Below are positions 49,701 to 60,681 of a stretch of DNA of 64,000 nt, piece after piece. Numbering within the stretch: the stretch's first letter is position 1; each line of letters opens with the position of its first letter. This DNA is from Heterodontus francisci (taxonomy: Eukaryota): NCBI RefSeq assembly GCF_036365525.1, contig NC_090384.1:55363895-55427894 (forward strand). Reading direction: 5' to 3'. The position numbers and the translations under genes were made by a program. The notes beneath the pieces are model-generated. The model saw nothing but the letters and a program-made list of their open reading frames with translations, was not told where the DNA came from and ran no database searches.

Positions 49701-51064
49701 AGTTTGCCGATGACACAAAGGTTGCTGGAGTTGTGGATAGTGTGGAAGGCTGTTGTAGGTTGCAACGGGACATTAACAGGATGCAGAGCTGGGCTGAGAA
49801 GTGGCGGATGGAGTTCAACCTGGAAAAGTGTGAAGTGATTCATTTTGGAAGGTCGAATTTGAATGCGGAATACAGGCTTAAAGACAGGATTCTTGGTAGT
49901 GTGGAGGAACAGAGGGATCTTGGGGTCCATGTCCATAGATCGCTCAAAGTTGCCACCCAAGTTGATAAGGTTGTTAAGAAGGCGTATGGTGTGGTGGCTT
50001 TCATTAACAGGGGGATTGAGTTTAAGAGCCGCGAGGTTATGCTGCAGCTCTATAAGGCCCTGGTTCGACCACACTTGGAATATTGTGTTCAGTTCTGGTC
50101 GCCTCATTATAGGAAGGATGTGGAAGCTTTAGAGAGGGTGAAGAGGAGATTTACCAGGATGCTGCCTGGACTGGAGGGCGTCCTACGAAGAAAGATTGAG
50201 GGAGCTAGGGCTTTTCTCATTGGAGCGAAGAAGGATGAGAGGTGACTTGATAGAGGGGTACAAGATGATGAGAGGCATCGATAGAGTGGATAGTCAGAGA
50301 CTTTTTCCCAGGGTGGGAAGGGCTATCACCAGGGGGCATAATTTTAAGGCGATTGGAGGAAGGTTTCGGGGAGATGTCAGAGATAGGTTCTTTACACAGA
50401 GAGTGGTGGGTGCGTGGAATGCGCTGCCAGCAGTGGTAGTCGAAGCAGATACATTAGGGGCATTTAAGCGACTCTTGGATAGGTACATGGATGATAGTAG
50501 AATGAAGGGTAGGTAGTTAGTTTGATCTTCGAGTAGGTTAAAGGTTCGGCACAACATTGTGGGCCGAAGAGCCTGTACTGTACTGTTCTATGTTCTAATG
50601 CATCTAGCTTTAAGCAGTGCAAAGAAGTTGTGAGTTTGCATCCCTTGCTGATGCATGCAACCAATGAACAGCTCGTTTAGCTCTGGCTGCAATTAGCAAC
50701 CATTCAAATGAGCAGGCAACATGAAGTTGGCGTGCTGCCTGCATTCTATTGAAGAAGTGCAGGCTAATCGCGCATCGCGAGTCTTTCTTTTCTCTCTTGA
50801 AGGTGAGAATTGATGCAGTGGTAAGATTCAACAAACTCTAACAGCCCTCAATACAGTCACCAGTAGCCTTCAAATCCCTGTCCAAGTGACTATTCATCAC
50901 ATATCAAACTAAGCATGGTCAGAAAACTATTCAGCCATGAAGGTCTGCCGTTGATCTCCATCCTGTACTCGCTAGATGCCAACGTACAGCACCTTATAGA
51001 AGTTTGTTGATGACAATCAGAATTGGATCCCTGGGCCATAGAGAAATTTTCTATTTGTCAAATC
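46767..51064. mobile_element. Non-autonomous DNA transposon with ~280-bp terminal inverted repeats, flanked by TA
   Basis: 46767-47047 is the reverse complement of 50786-51064 with few mismatches; TA at 46765-46766 and 51065-51066. Confidence 0.8.
47428..50600 (+). mobile_element. CR1/HER1 LINE (end of ORF1 plus ORF2) nested in the TIR element
   Basis: ORFs 47491-48432, 48494-49468 and 49523-50516 with endonuclease and RT motifs; TGTTCTA tail. Confidence 0.92.
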
Positions 51065-51827
51065 TAGGAGGGAAAATTTTACTCTGAAAAGGGCACCTTC
51101 CACTTACCCAGGTCCAGAGAAATTAGAAGCAAGTCGGCAAATGCCACAGTTTAGAGACCCCTAGGTGTGAGCAAGCTACTGCTGGAATGTAACCAGCTGA
51201 AGCCACCCAGCTTACTTGAACAAAATTCTCATAAGCTTCCCACTGTTTGTTTAACTAGGACCGTCCCATTTTTTTTAGTTTATTGGCTTGCATGGTTACT
51301 TGGAACTGGCCTGAAACAATCCCAGACCCCAGTGACCGATGTGATTAGCAACCTATTCTGACTCACCAATCAACAGTGTTGATAGACTGGCCTGGGTGAG
51401 GTATCAGATTTCTAATACAGTTGCCAAAAAGATTAAGTTTTAAGCCAAAGACTTACCTCAACATGCAGCTGGGAGAAGCAGGATTGCATCTACCAGCTCT
51501 AGAGCAGTCCTCACAACAGCTACTGCCCAGCAATACAGAAGCCCAAAATTTATTTCCCCATCATTGCTGATTTGCCTTTGGTCTACTTTACATGAGGCCT
51601 GAGGCCCAATTTCTCAGGACTGTATGTTAGGGTATCACCCAGATTTCTAAAGCTAATTGTATTCCCCTCATTATATCTCCATTTAATTTTGCTTTCTCAG
51701 CACAGATTACGGGTCAAACCTGGAAACTTTCTGGTTTGTACAGAAAGTCATCTTTTCTAATAGTTTTGCTTCCAGATCACTGACTAATACACTGTGAAAC
51801 AAGACTGTTCTCAGCATTCATACAGTC

Positions 51828-52157
51828 AGAGATACAGCACTGAAACAGGCTCTTCGGCCCACAGAGTCTGTGCCAACCAACAACCACCCATTTATACTAA
51901 TCCTACATTAATCCCATATTCCTTACCACGTCCCCACCATTCTTCTACCACCTACCTACACTAGGGGCAATTTACAATGGCCAATTTACCTATCAACCTG
52001 CAAGTCTTTGGCTGTGGGAGGAAACCGGAGCACCCGACAGAAACCCACGCGGTCACAGGGAGAACTTGCAAACTCTGCACGGGCAGTACCCAGAACCGAA
52101 CCCGGGTCGCTGGAGTCAAGAGGCCGCGGTGCTAACCACTGCGCCACTGTGCCGCCC
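51828..52157 (-). mobile_element. HE1-type V-SINE
   Basis: Reverse-complement full copy. Confidence 0.9.
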
Positions 52158-52975
52158 TAAAGGCGTACAATGCGGTGAAAATGAGTGGTAGGCCAGAGGA
52201 TTGGGAAGCTTTTAGAAACCAGCAGCGGATGACTAAAAAACTAATAAAGAGAGGGAGAAAATTGATTGAGATTAAATTGGCAAGAAAAATAAAAACAAAC
52301 AGTAAGAGCTTCTATGGGTATATTAAAAGGAAGAGAGTAGCTAAAGTAAGTGTAGGGCCCTTAGAGGATGAGAAGAGGGAATTAATAACAGGGAACAGGG
52401 AAATGGCAGATAAATTAAACCAATATTTTGCATCAGTCTTCACGGTGGAGGTCACTATAAACATCCCAACAATAATAGATGAACAAGGTGTAAATGGGAG
52501 GGAGGAACTTGTAACAATCTTTATCTATCATGAGTGAAAAGGTGCTGGTTAGGCCTTTATTCATTGGCGTTTCGAAGAATGATAGGTGATCTTATCGAAA
52601 CATACAAGATTTTAAGGGTGCTTGACAGGGTAGATGTTGAGAAAATGTTTCCACTAGTGGGGGAATTTCAAACTAGGTGACATAATTACAGAATAAGGGG
52701 TCACACATTTAAAACTAGATGCAAAGGAATTTCTTCTCTCAGAGGGTGGTGAATCTCTGGAATTCTCTGCCTCAGACAGTTGTGGAGGCTAGGTCACTAA
52801 ATGTATTTAAGGAGGTAGATAGATTTTTGAAATGTCAGGGAGTTGAGGGTTAGGCAAAGCAGGCCCGAAACAGAAGTTGAGGACTGGGACAGATCAGCCA
52901 TGATCTTACTGAATGGTGGGGCAGGCTTGAAGGGCTGAATGGCCTACTCCTGCTCCTATTTCTTATGTTCTTATG
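52158..52975 (+). mobile_element. Internally deleted CR1 fragment
   Basis: KSFYGYIKRK..LNQYFASVF joined to a CR1 3' tail. Confidence 0.8.
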
Positions 52976-53729
52976 TACCTCTTTACATACTGCCCCTTGG
53001 CGACATCATCCAAAGACACGGTTCAGGTTCCCTATGTATGCTGAAAACACCAGCTCTAACTCTCCATCACCTGTATTGACCCCTCTACTGTCTGCGTTTT
53101 TAGACATTGTGGCCCATCTAGGAATAGGTACCAGACAATTTATTGCAATCGTACATCAGGAACACCAAAGCCATTGCCTTTGGCCATTGTTACAAACTCC
53201 ATATCCTTGCCATTGATTCCATTCCTTTTCCCCACCAGTGACTTGGATTCAAACAAACTGCTCACAATCTCGAGATCCTACTTCACTCTGTGCTGAGACT
53301 CCTGTTCCATATCTGTCCATCACAAGGACTGCGCCTGTAACATCACACTAATCCACTTCTGGATATACAAACTGGGTGGTTTTATTTTAATAAAAAAAAA
53401 GTCAACAGATGAAACTCTCCGCCTAACAAAGGCGGTGGAGGGGTGCCACCACCAGGTAAACGGGACCTGGAACAAGCAGAGATCAGCAGCCGCCCGCCTC
53501 TCAATCCGGTGCCGGGGATGAGGGTAGGTGGGTGGGGGTGGGGGGGGTATTTCCTAGTAAAATCCTCATCCATGCTGTTCTCACCCCCAGTCTCGACTAC
53601 TTTTGCAACACTGTTGAAAATATTGCCCCACGCATACTTATGAGGAGTCCAGGCTAAGTACAACTTGGTTTTATATTCCAGTGCCTGTGTGAAAATGACA
53701 ACTCCTATGAATATAAGCTGTATAAGATT

Positions 53730-56700
53730 AAAAGAAAAGGCCTATAAAGTTGCCAGAAATAGTAGTCAACTTGAAGATTGGGAGGATTTCAGAATACAGC
53801 AAAGGAGGACCAATTAACTGAAAGACCGGGAGAATAGAATATGAATGTAAACCAGCAAAAAATATAAAAACAGACTGTAAAAGTTTCTACAGGTACGTAA
53901 AAAGGAAACGTTTGGCTAAGACAAATGTGGGTCCATTACAGGCAGAGTCAGGAAAATGTATAATGGGGAACAGAGAAATGGCAGAGAAACTAAATGATTA
54001 ATTTGTGTCTGTCTTCACTGAGTAAGATACAAGAACTCTCCTAGAATTAGAGATCCAAGGGATTAGGGAGAATGAGGAATTGAAAGAAGTTAGTAAGAAG
54101 GCTGTATTGGAGAAATTAATGGGGTTGAAGGTTGACAAGTCCCCAGGACCTGATATTCTACATCCCAAAGTGTTGAAAGAGGTAGCTATGGAGATAGTGG
54201 ATGCATTGGTGACCATCTTCCAAATTTCTATAGTTTCTGGAGCGGTTCCTGCAGTTTGGAAGGTCACAAATGTCACCCCACTATTTAAGAAGGGAGGGAG
54301 AGAGAAAACAGGGAATTACAGACCTGTTAGCCTTACATCAGTCTTCGGAAAAATGATGGAATCTATTCTAAAAGGATGTGATAAATGGACACTCAGGTAA
54401 TACTGATCTACATTGAAATGCCATAGCATACAAGGCTGTGGCCAAGTGCTGGAAAATGGAATTAGAATAGTTAGGTGCTTTATGGCCAGCACAGACATGA
54501 TGGGCCGAAGGGCCGGTTTCTGTGCCGTATAACTCTATGACTGCGCATAGTCAACATGGATTTATGAATGGGAAATCATGTTTGACAAACCTGTTGAAGC
54601 TTTTTGCGCATGTTACTAACAGAATTCATAAAGGGGAGTCGGTGGACATGGTATACTTGGATTTTGATAAAATCCCCCACAGAAGGTTGGTTAGCAAAAT
54701 TAAAGCACATGGGATAGGAGGCATTGATTAAGGATTGATTAACAGGCAGAAAGCAGAGAGTAGGAATAAACGGGTCATTCTCACGTTGGCAGGCTGTGAC
54801 TAGTGGGGTACCACAGGGATCAGTGCTTGCGCCCCAGCTGTTCACAATATATATCAATGATTTGGATGTGGGCACCAAATGTAATATTTCCAAGTTCACG
54901 ATGACACAAAACTAGGGGGAACGTGTGTTTTGAGGAAGATGCAAAGCAGCTTCAAGGGGATTTGGACTGACTTAGTTGGTGGGCAAAATGCAGCAGATGG
55001 AATATAATGTGGAAAAATATGAGCTTATTCACTTTGGTAGGAGGAATAGATGTGCAGAGTATTTCTTAAATACTAAGAGATTAGAAAGCATAGATGTACA
55101 AAAGGGCCTGGGTGTCATTGTCACTAAAAGCTAAGTGCAGGTGCAGCAAGCATTTAGGAAGGCTAATTGTATGTTCACCTTTATCGCAAGAGGATTTGAG
55201 TACAGGAGTAGTGAAGTCTTGCATCAATTGTATAGAACCTTGGTTAGCCCGTACTTGGAGTTCTGCGTGCAGTTTTGGTCCCCTTAACTTAGGGAGGATA
55301 TTACTGCCATAGAAGAAGAGCAATGAAAGTTCACCAGACTTGTTCCTAGGATGGCAGGACTGTCCTATGAAGAGGGTTTGGGGAAACTGGGCCTGTATTC
55401 TCTCGCGTTTCGAAGAATGAGAGGTGATCTCATTGAAATCTACAAAATACTTTAAGGGATAGACAGGGTAGATGCAGCTAAGATGTTTCCCCTGGTTGGG
55501 GAATCTAGAACAAGGGGACACAATTTGAAAATAAGGGGGATGCCACTTAGGACAGAGATGAGGAGAACTTTCTTTACTCAGAGGGTTGTGAATCTTTGGA
55601 ATTTTCTATCCCAGAGGGCTGTAGAAGCTCAGTCATTGAGTATGTTTAAAGCTGAGATTGACAGATTTCTAAATACAAATGACATAAGGGGTTATAAGGA
55701 TCTCTTTTGGGCCTCCTTATCTCGAGAGACAATGGATACGCGCCTGGAGGTGGTCAGTGGTTTGTGAAGCAGCGCCTGGAGTGGCTATAAAGGCCAATTC
55801 TGGAGTGACAGGCTCTTCCACAGGTGCTGCAGAGAAATTTGTTTGTTGGGGCTGTTGCACAGTTGGCTCTCCCCTTGCGCCTCTGTCTTTTTTCCTGCCA
55901 ACTACTAAGTCTCTTCGACTCGCCACAATTTAGCCCTGTCTTTATGGCTGCCCGCCAGCTCTGGCGAATGCTGGCAACTGACTCCCACGACTTGTGATCA
56001 ATGTCACACGATTTCATGTCGCGTTTGCAGACGTCTTTATAACGGAGACATGGACGGCCGGTGGGTCTGATACCAGTGGCGAGCTCGCTGTACAATGTGT
56101 CTTTGGGGATCCTGCCATCTTCCATGCGGCTCACATGGCCAAGCCATCTCAAGCGCCGCTGACTCAGTAGTGTGTATAAGCTGGGGATGTTGGCCGCTTC
56201 AAGGACTTCTGTGTTGGAGATATAGTCCTGCCACCTGATGCCAAGTATTCTCCGAAGGCAGCGAAGATGGAATGAATTGAGACGTCGCTCTTGGCTGGCA
56301 TACGTTGTCCAGGCCTCGCTGCTGTAGAGCAAGGTACTGAGGACACAGGCCTGATACACTCGGACTTTTGTGTTCCGTGTCAGTGCGCCATTTTCCCACA
56401 CTCTCTTGGCCAGTCTGAACATAGCAGTGGAAGCCTTACCCATGCGCTTGTTGATTTCTGCATCTAGAGACAGGTTACTGGTGATAGTTGAGCCTAGGTA
56501 GGTGAACTCTTGAACCACTTCCAGAGCGTGGTCGCCAATATTGATGGATGGAGCATTTCTGACATCCTGCCCCATGATGTTCGTTTTCTTGAGGCTGATG
56601 GTTAGGCCAAATTCATTGCAGGCAGACGCAAACCTGTCGATGAGACTCTGCAGGCATTCTTCAGTGTGAGATGTTCAAGCAGCATCGTCAGCAAAGAGGA

Positions 56701-58960
56701 GTTCTCTGATGAGGACTTTCCGTACTTTGGACTTCGCTCTTAGACGGGCAAGGTTGAACAACCTGCCCCCTGATCTTGTGTGGAGGAAAATTCCTTCTTC
56801 AGAGGATTTGAACGCATGTGAAAGCAGCAGGGAGAAGAAAATCCCAAAAAGTGTGGGTGCGAGAACACAGCCCTGTTTCACACCACTCAGGATAGGAAAG
56901 GGCTCTGATGAGGAGCCACCATGTTGAATTGTGCCTTTCATATCGTCATGGAATGAGGTGATGATACTTAGTAGCTTTGATGGACATCCGATCTTTTCTA
57001 GTAGTCTGAAGAGACCACGTCTGCTGACGAGGTCAAAGGCTTTGGTGAGATCAATGAAAGCAATGTAGAGGGGCATCTGTTGTTCACGGCATTTCTCCTG
57101 TATCTGACGAAGGGAGAACAGCATGTCAATAGTCGGTCTCTCTGCACGAAAGCCACACTGTGCCTCAGGGTGGACGCGCTCGGCCAGCTTCTGGAGCCTG
57201 TTCAGAGCGACTCGAGCAAAGACTTTCCCCACTATGCTGAGCAGGGAGATTCCACGGTAGTTGTTGCAGTCACCGCGGTCACCTTTGTTTTTATAGAGGG
57301 TGATGATGTTGGCATCGCGCATGTCCTGGGGTACTGCTCCCTCGTCCCAGCACAGGCATAGCAGTTCATGTAGTGCTGAGAGTATAGCAGGCTTGGCACT
57401 CTTGATTATTTCAGGGGTAATGCTGTCCTTCCCAGGGGCTTTTCCGCTGGCTAGGGAATCAATGGCATCACTGAGTTCCGATTTGGTTGGCTGTATGTCC
57501 AGCTCATCCATGACTGGTAGAGGCTGGGCTGCATTGAGGGCAGTCTCAGTGACAGCATTCTCCCTGGAGTACAGTTCTAGGTAGTGCTCAACCCAGCGGT
57601 CCATCTGTTTGCGTTGGTCAGTGATTATGTCCCCCGATTTAGATTTGAGGGCGGTGATCTTCTTGATGGTTGGCCCAAGAGCTCTCTTCATGCCATCATA
57701 CATTCCTCTGATGTTTCCGGTGTCTGAGGCCAGCTGAATATGACTGCATAGGTGTTGCCAGTAGTCGTTTGCGCAACGCCTAGCTGTTCTTTGTGCAGTA
57801 CTTCTGGCTGCTTTAAGTGCTGCGGATGTTAAATCGCTGGGGGCTTTCTTGTAGTTGAAAAGTGCAATGCGCTTAGCGGCTATGACAGGTTCCAGCTCTT
57901 CATTATGAGATTGAAACCAGTCTGCATTTCTCTTCGCACTTTTGCCGTAGGTGGTCAAAGCTGACTCATAGATGGCGTCTCTGATGTGGGCCCACTTGGT
58001 CTCAGCATCCCCTGTGGGAGTGTTTTGAAGGGCTGTTACAAGTGAATTTAGAAATTTTTGTAACAGCTGTGGGTGAGAAATTCTGCTCGTGTTGATGCGC
58101 GGGTGGCCCTTCTGCTTGGAATGATGCAACTTCTTTGGTCTGAGTCTAACCTTGCTGCACACCAGGGAGTGGTCGGTGTCGCAGTCCGCACTGTGGAAGC
58201 TGCGTGTGATTTGAACACTGTTTAAGGCGGCTCGCCTTGTGACAATGAGGTCTAGCTGGTGCCAACGACGTGATCTTGGGTGCCTCCATGAAACCTGGTG
58301 ACAGGGTTTAGTGTGAAAGAACGAGTTGGTGATGCAGAGGTTATGATAGGTACACAACTCAAGCAGTCTCTGCCCGTTCTCATTCATCCTTCCAACGCCA
58401 TAGCGCCCAAGGCAGGAGGGCCATGAGTCATGGTCGGCCCCAACCCTGGCATTAAAGTCCCCCAGCAGGAATAGGTGTTCGGTGTTGGGGATGCTGCTAA
58501 TGATGTTATGGAGTTGTTCATAGAACTGGTCTTTAGCTTCAGGTGCGGAACAGAGTGTTGGAGCATAGATGCTGAGTAGGTGTACTGGACCAGAGGTGGT
58601 GAGCAGTCGGATGGACAGTATGCGTTCCGAGCCATTTGAGGGAGGCTCGATCATGCTGAGCAAGGAGTTTCTGATGGCGAAGCCCACTCCATGCTGTCTT
58701 GGTTCTTCAGGATCCCTGCCCTGCCAGAAGAAGGTGTAGTCTTGCTCTGCTAGAGAGCCACTCGCGGGGAGGCGAGTCTCCTGAAGTGCTGCAATGTCCA
58801 CATTGAGTCTACTGAGCTCGTTGTTAATGATGGCGGTCTTCCATAAGGGGTTATAAGGATAGTGTGGGAAAAAGGCATTGAAGTGGATGATCAGCCATGA
58901 TCATATTGAATGCAGGGCAGGCTCGATGGGCTGACTGACCTACTCCTCCTCCTATGCTCA
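53730..58960 (+). mobile_element. CR1 LINE fragment whose 3' end is interrupted by an RTE element
   Basis: KSPGPD, YRPVSL and QHGF motifs; the tail resumes at 58861. Confidence 0.82.
55702..58841 (-). mobile_element. RTE-clade LINE, slightly 5'-truncated and nearly intact (endonuclease-RT-C2H2)
   Basis: ORFs 56675-58801 and 55754-56575 are in one frame, separated by a single TGA. Motifs DIAALQETR, LLGDFNARVG, YRGISLL, FADD and C-terminal CSTCGR..H..C; 19-bp TSD CATAAGGGGTTATAAGGAT. Confidence 0.93.
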
Positions 58961-59049
58961 TCATTCTGAATCAGGAATTTCCCCTTGTAAAACAGAAACT
59001 GGTTCAAAAAGGAACAATCAGCCACAGGTAGGCAGTATGAAGAGTTTGT

Positions 59050-60600
59050 AGACAGGGAATGGAGGTTTAAAGTTGAAGGCCATGAAGAGATTTAAATACG
59101 AGGCTGAGAATTCTAAATGAGAAATTGAGAGACCGAGAACCAGTTGACATCAGTCAGCACAGGATTGACAGACGTGCCTGACTTGGTACAGGATAAATAT
59201 GGACAGCATAGTTTTGGAGGAGCTGAAGTTTACAGATGGAGAGGATATGGGGTTGGAAGCTCTGTTCAAGGTCAAGTAGGATGCTGAGGTTGAAAATATT
59301 CTGGTTCAGCTTAAGAAAGGGTGGGGGGGCGGAAGGGTGATGAAGTTGTTGGTAGGAATATAGAATTTGTAGTGGGGCCTAAGATTTCAACTCTGTGTAA
59401 GTATGTTTTGTGCAAGTTAAAATCTCGCCCAATGGCTTTGGTCTTCCCAATGTTTAGCTGAAATAAACTGCAGCTCATCCAAAGCTGAATGTCAGACAAG
59501 CAGTTTGATAGCTCAGGGTCACTGGAGGGGTTGACAGAAGTAGTGCAGATTCAGAGTTGGGAGTCATCAGTGTATAAGTGGAAGCTAATCCCATGTCTGT
59601 GGATGATGTCACCAAGGGGTAGCAGGTAAATGTGGAAGAGAGGACCACAGACAGATCTTGGGGATCTCCAGAGGTCTGAAGTTGGAAAGAGAAGCCAGTG
59701 CTGGATTTACTCTGCCTACAATGAAATAGGTGCGAGTGGAAAAAAGCAATAGTAGTCTCACCAAATTGGATGATGGAAGCCAAACACAGAAGTCGTATGG
59801 TACGGTTGAACATGTGAAAGGCTCTAGAAAGTTCAGTGGAATGAAGAGGCATAATGAAACAATGTCACAATTATAAAGGAAGTCATTTATGACTTTGGTC
59901 AAAGCTGTTTTGCTGTTGTAGGAGGAATGATAATTTGATTGGAAAGATTCAATAGGAAATTCAACATTCATAGACAAAGAGGAAGGGATGGTTGGTGATA
60001 GGGTGAAAATTGGCTCAGATAGAAAAGGGTCAAGAGGAGTGTTTTCGGAGACGTGGGTAATGCTAGCGGTTTCAAAAAGGAAAATTTACAATGACAGCTA
60101 GTATGGAGGCCAGAAACCGAAGTTGAGTGGTCAGCAATTTAGTAGGAATGACGTCAAGGGAGCAGGAGGTGGATCTCATGGAGGAAATGAGTTCAGAGAA
60201 TGCATGAGGGGAGACAAGAGAGAAAGTTGAGAGATAAAAACAAGAAATGCTGGAATCACTCAGCAGGTCTGGCAGCATCTGTGAAAAGAGAAGCAGAGTT
60301 AACGTTTCGGGTCAGTGACCCTTCATCGGGTTCACAGATGCTGCCAGACCTGCTGAGTGGTTCCAGCATTTCTTGTTTTTATTTCAGATTTCCAGCATCT
60401 ACAGTATTTTGCTTTTAAGAAAGTTGAGAAACATGGGTTTTGGTTTAGTTGGACAGGGTGTTGATGGAGATGTGGCTTGGTGGGACATGGGTGAAGGGGA
60501 TGTAGATGAAACAGATGGTCTATGTCTTGATGACAAAAATGACCGTGGGCTTCTAGCCCTTGTTAGTTAATGGTTAACTTCAAAAGCCCAAGTTCCGCAA
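59050..60600 (-). mobile_element. Old L2-type LINE remnant
   Basis: STSCSLDVIPTKLL, KTALTKVINDFL and LQLNIGKT fragments. Confidence 0.65.
60233..60417. mobile_element. Penelope-derived element: ~52-bp inverted repeat around a hammerhead-like core, 12-bp TSD
   Basis: ATAAAAACAAGAAATGCTGG..TGTGAA / TTCACA..CCAGCATTTCTTGTTTTTAT; TSD AGAAAGTTGAGA at 60221-60232 and 60418-60429. Confidence 0.78.
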
Positions 60601-60681
60601 TGCTCTGGGCAGTCGATACATAACTACCTGTGACAGATGCAAAGACACAAGTTATGGTAATAAACACTCCACGTGTGAGTT

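Noticed and set aside
51457-51570. Candidate leader exon with a strong GAG|GTAAGT donor
   Set aside because: The hydrophobic frame ends in TGA immediately before the donor, and the other frames have the wrong phase for the V exon. It could be non-coding but this is unsupported.
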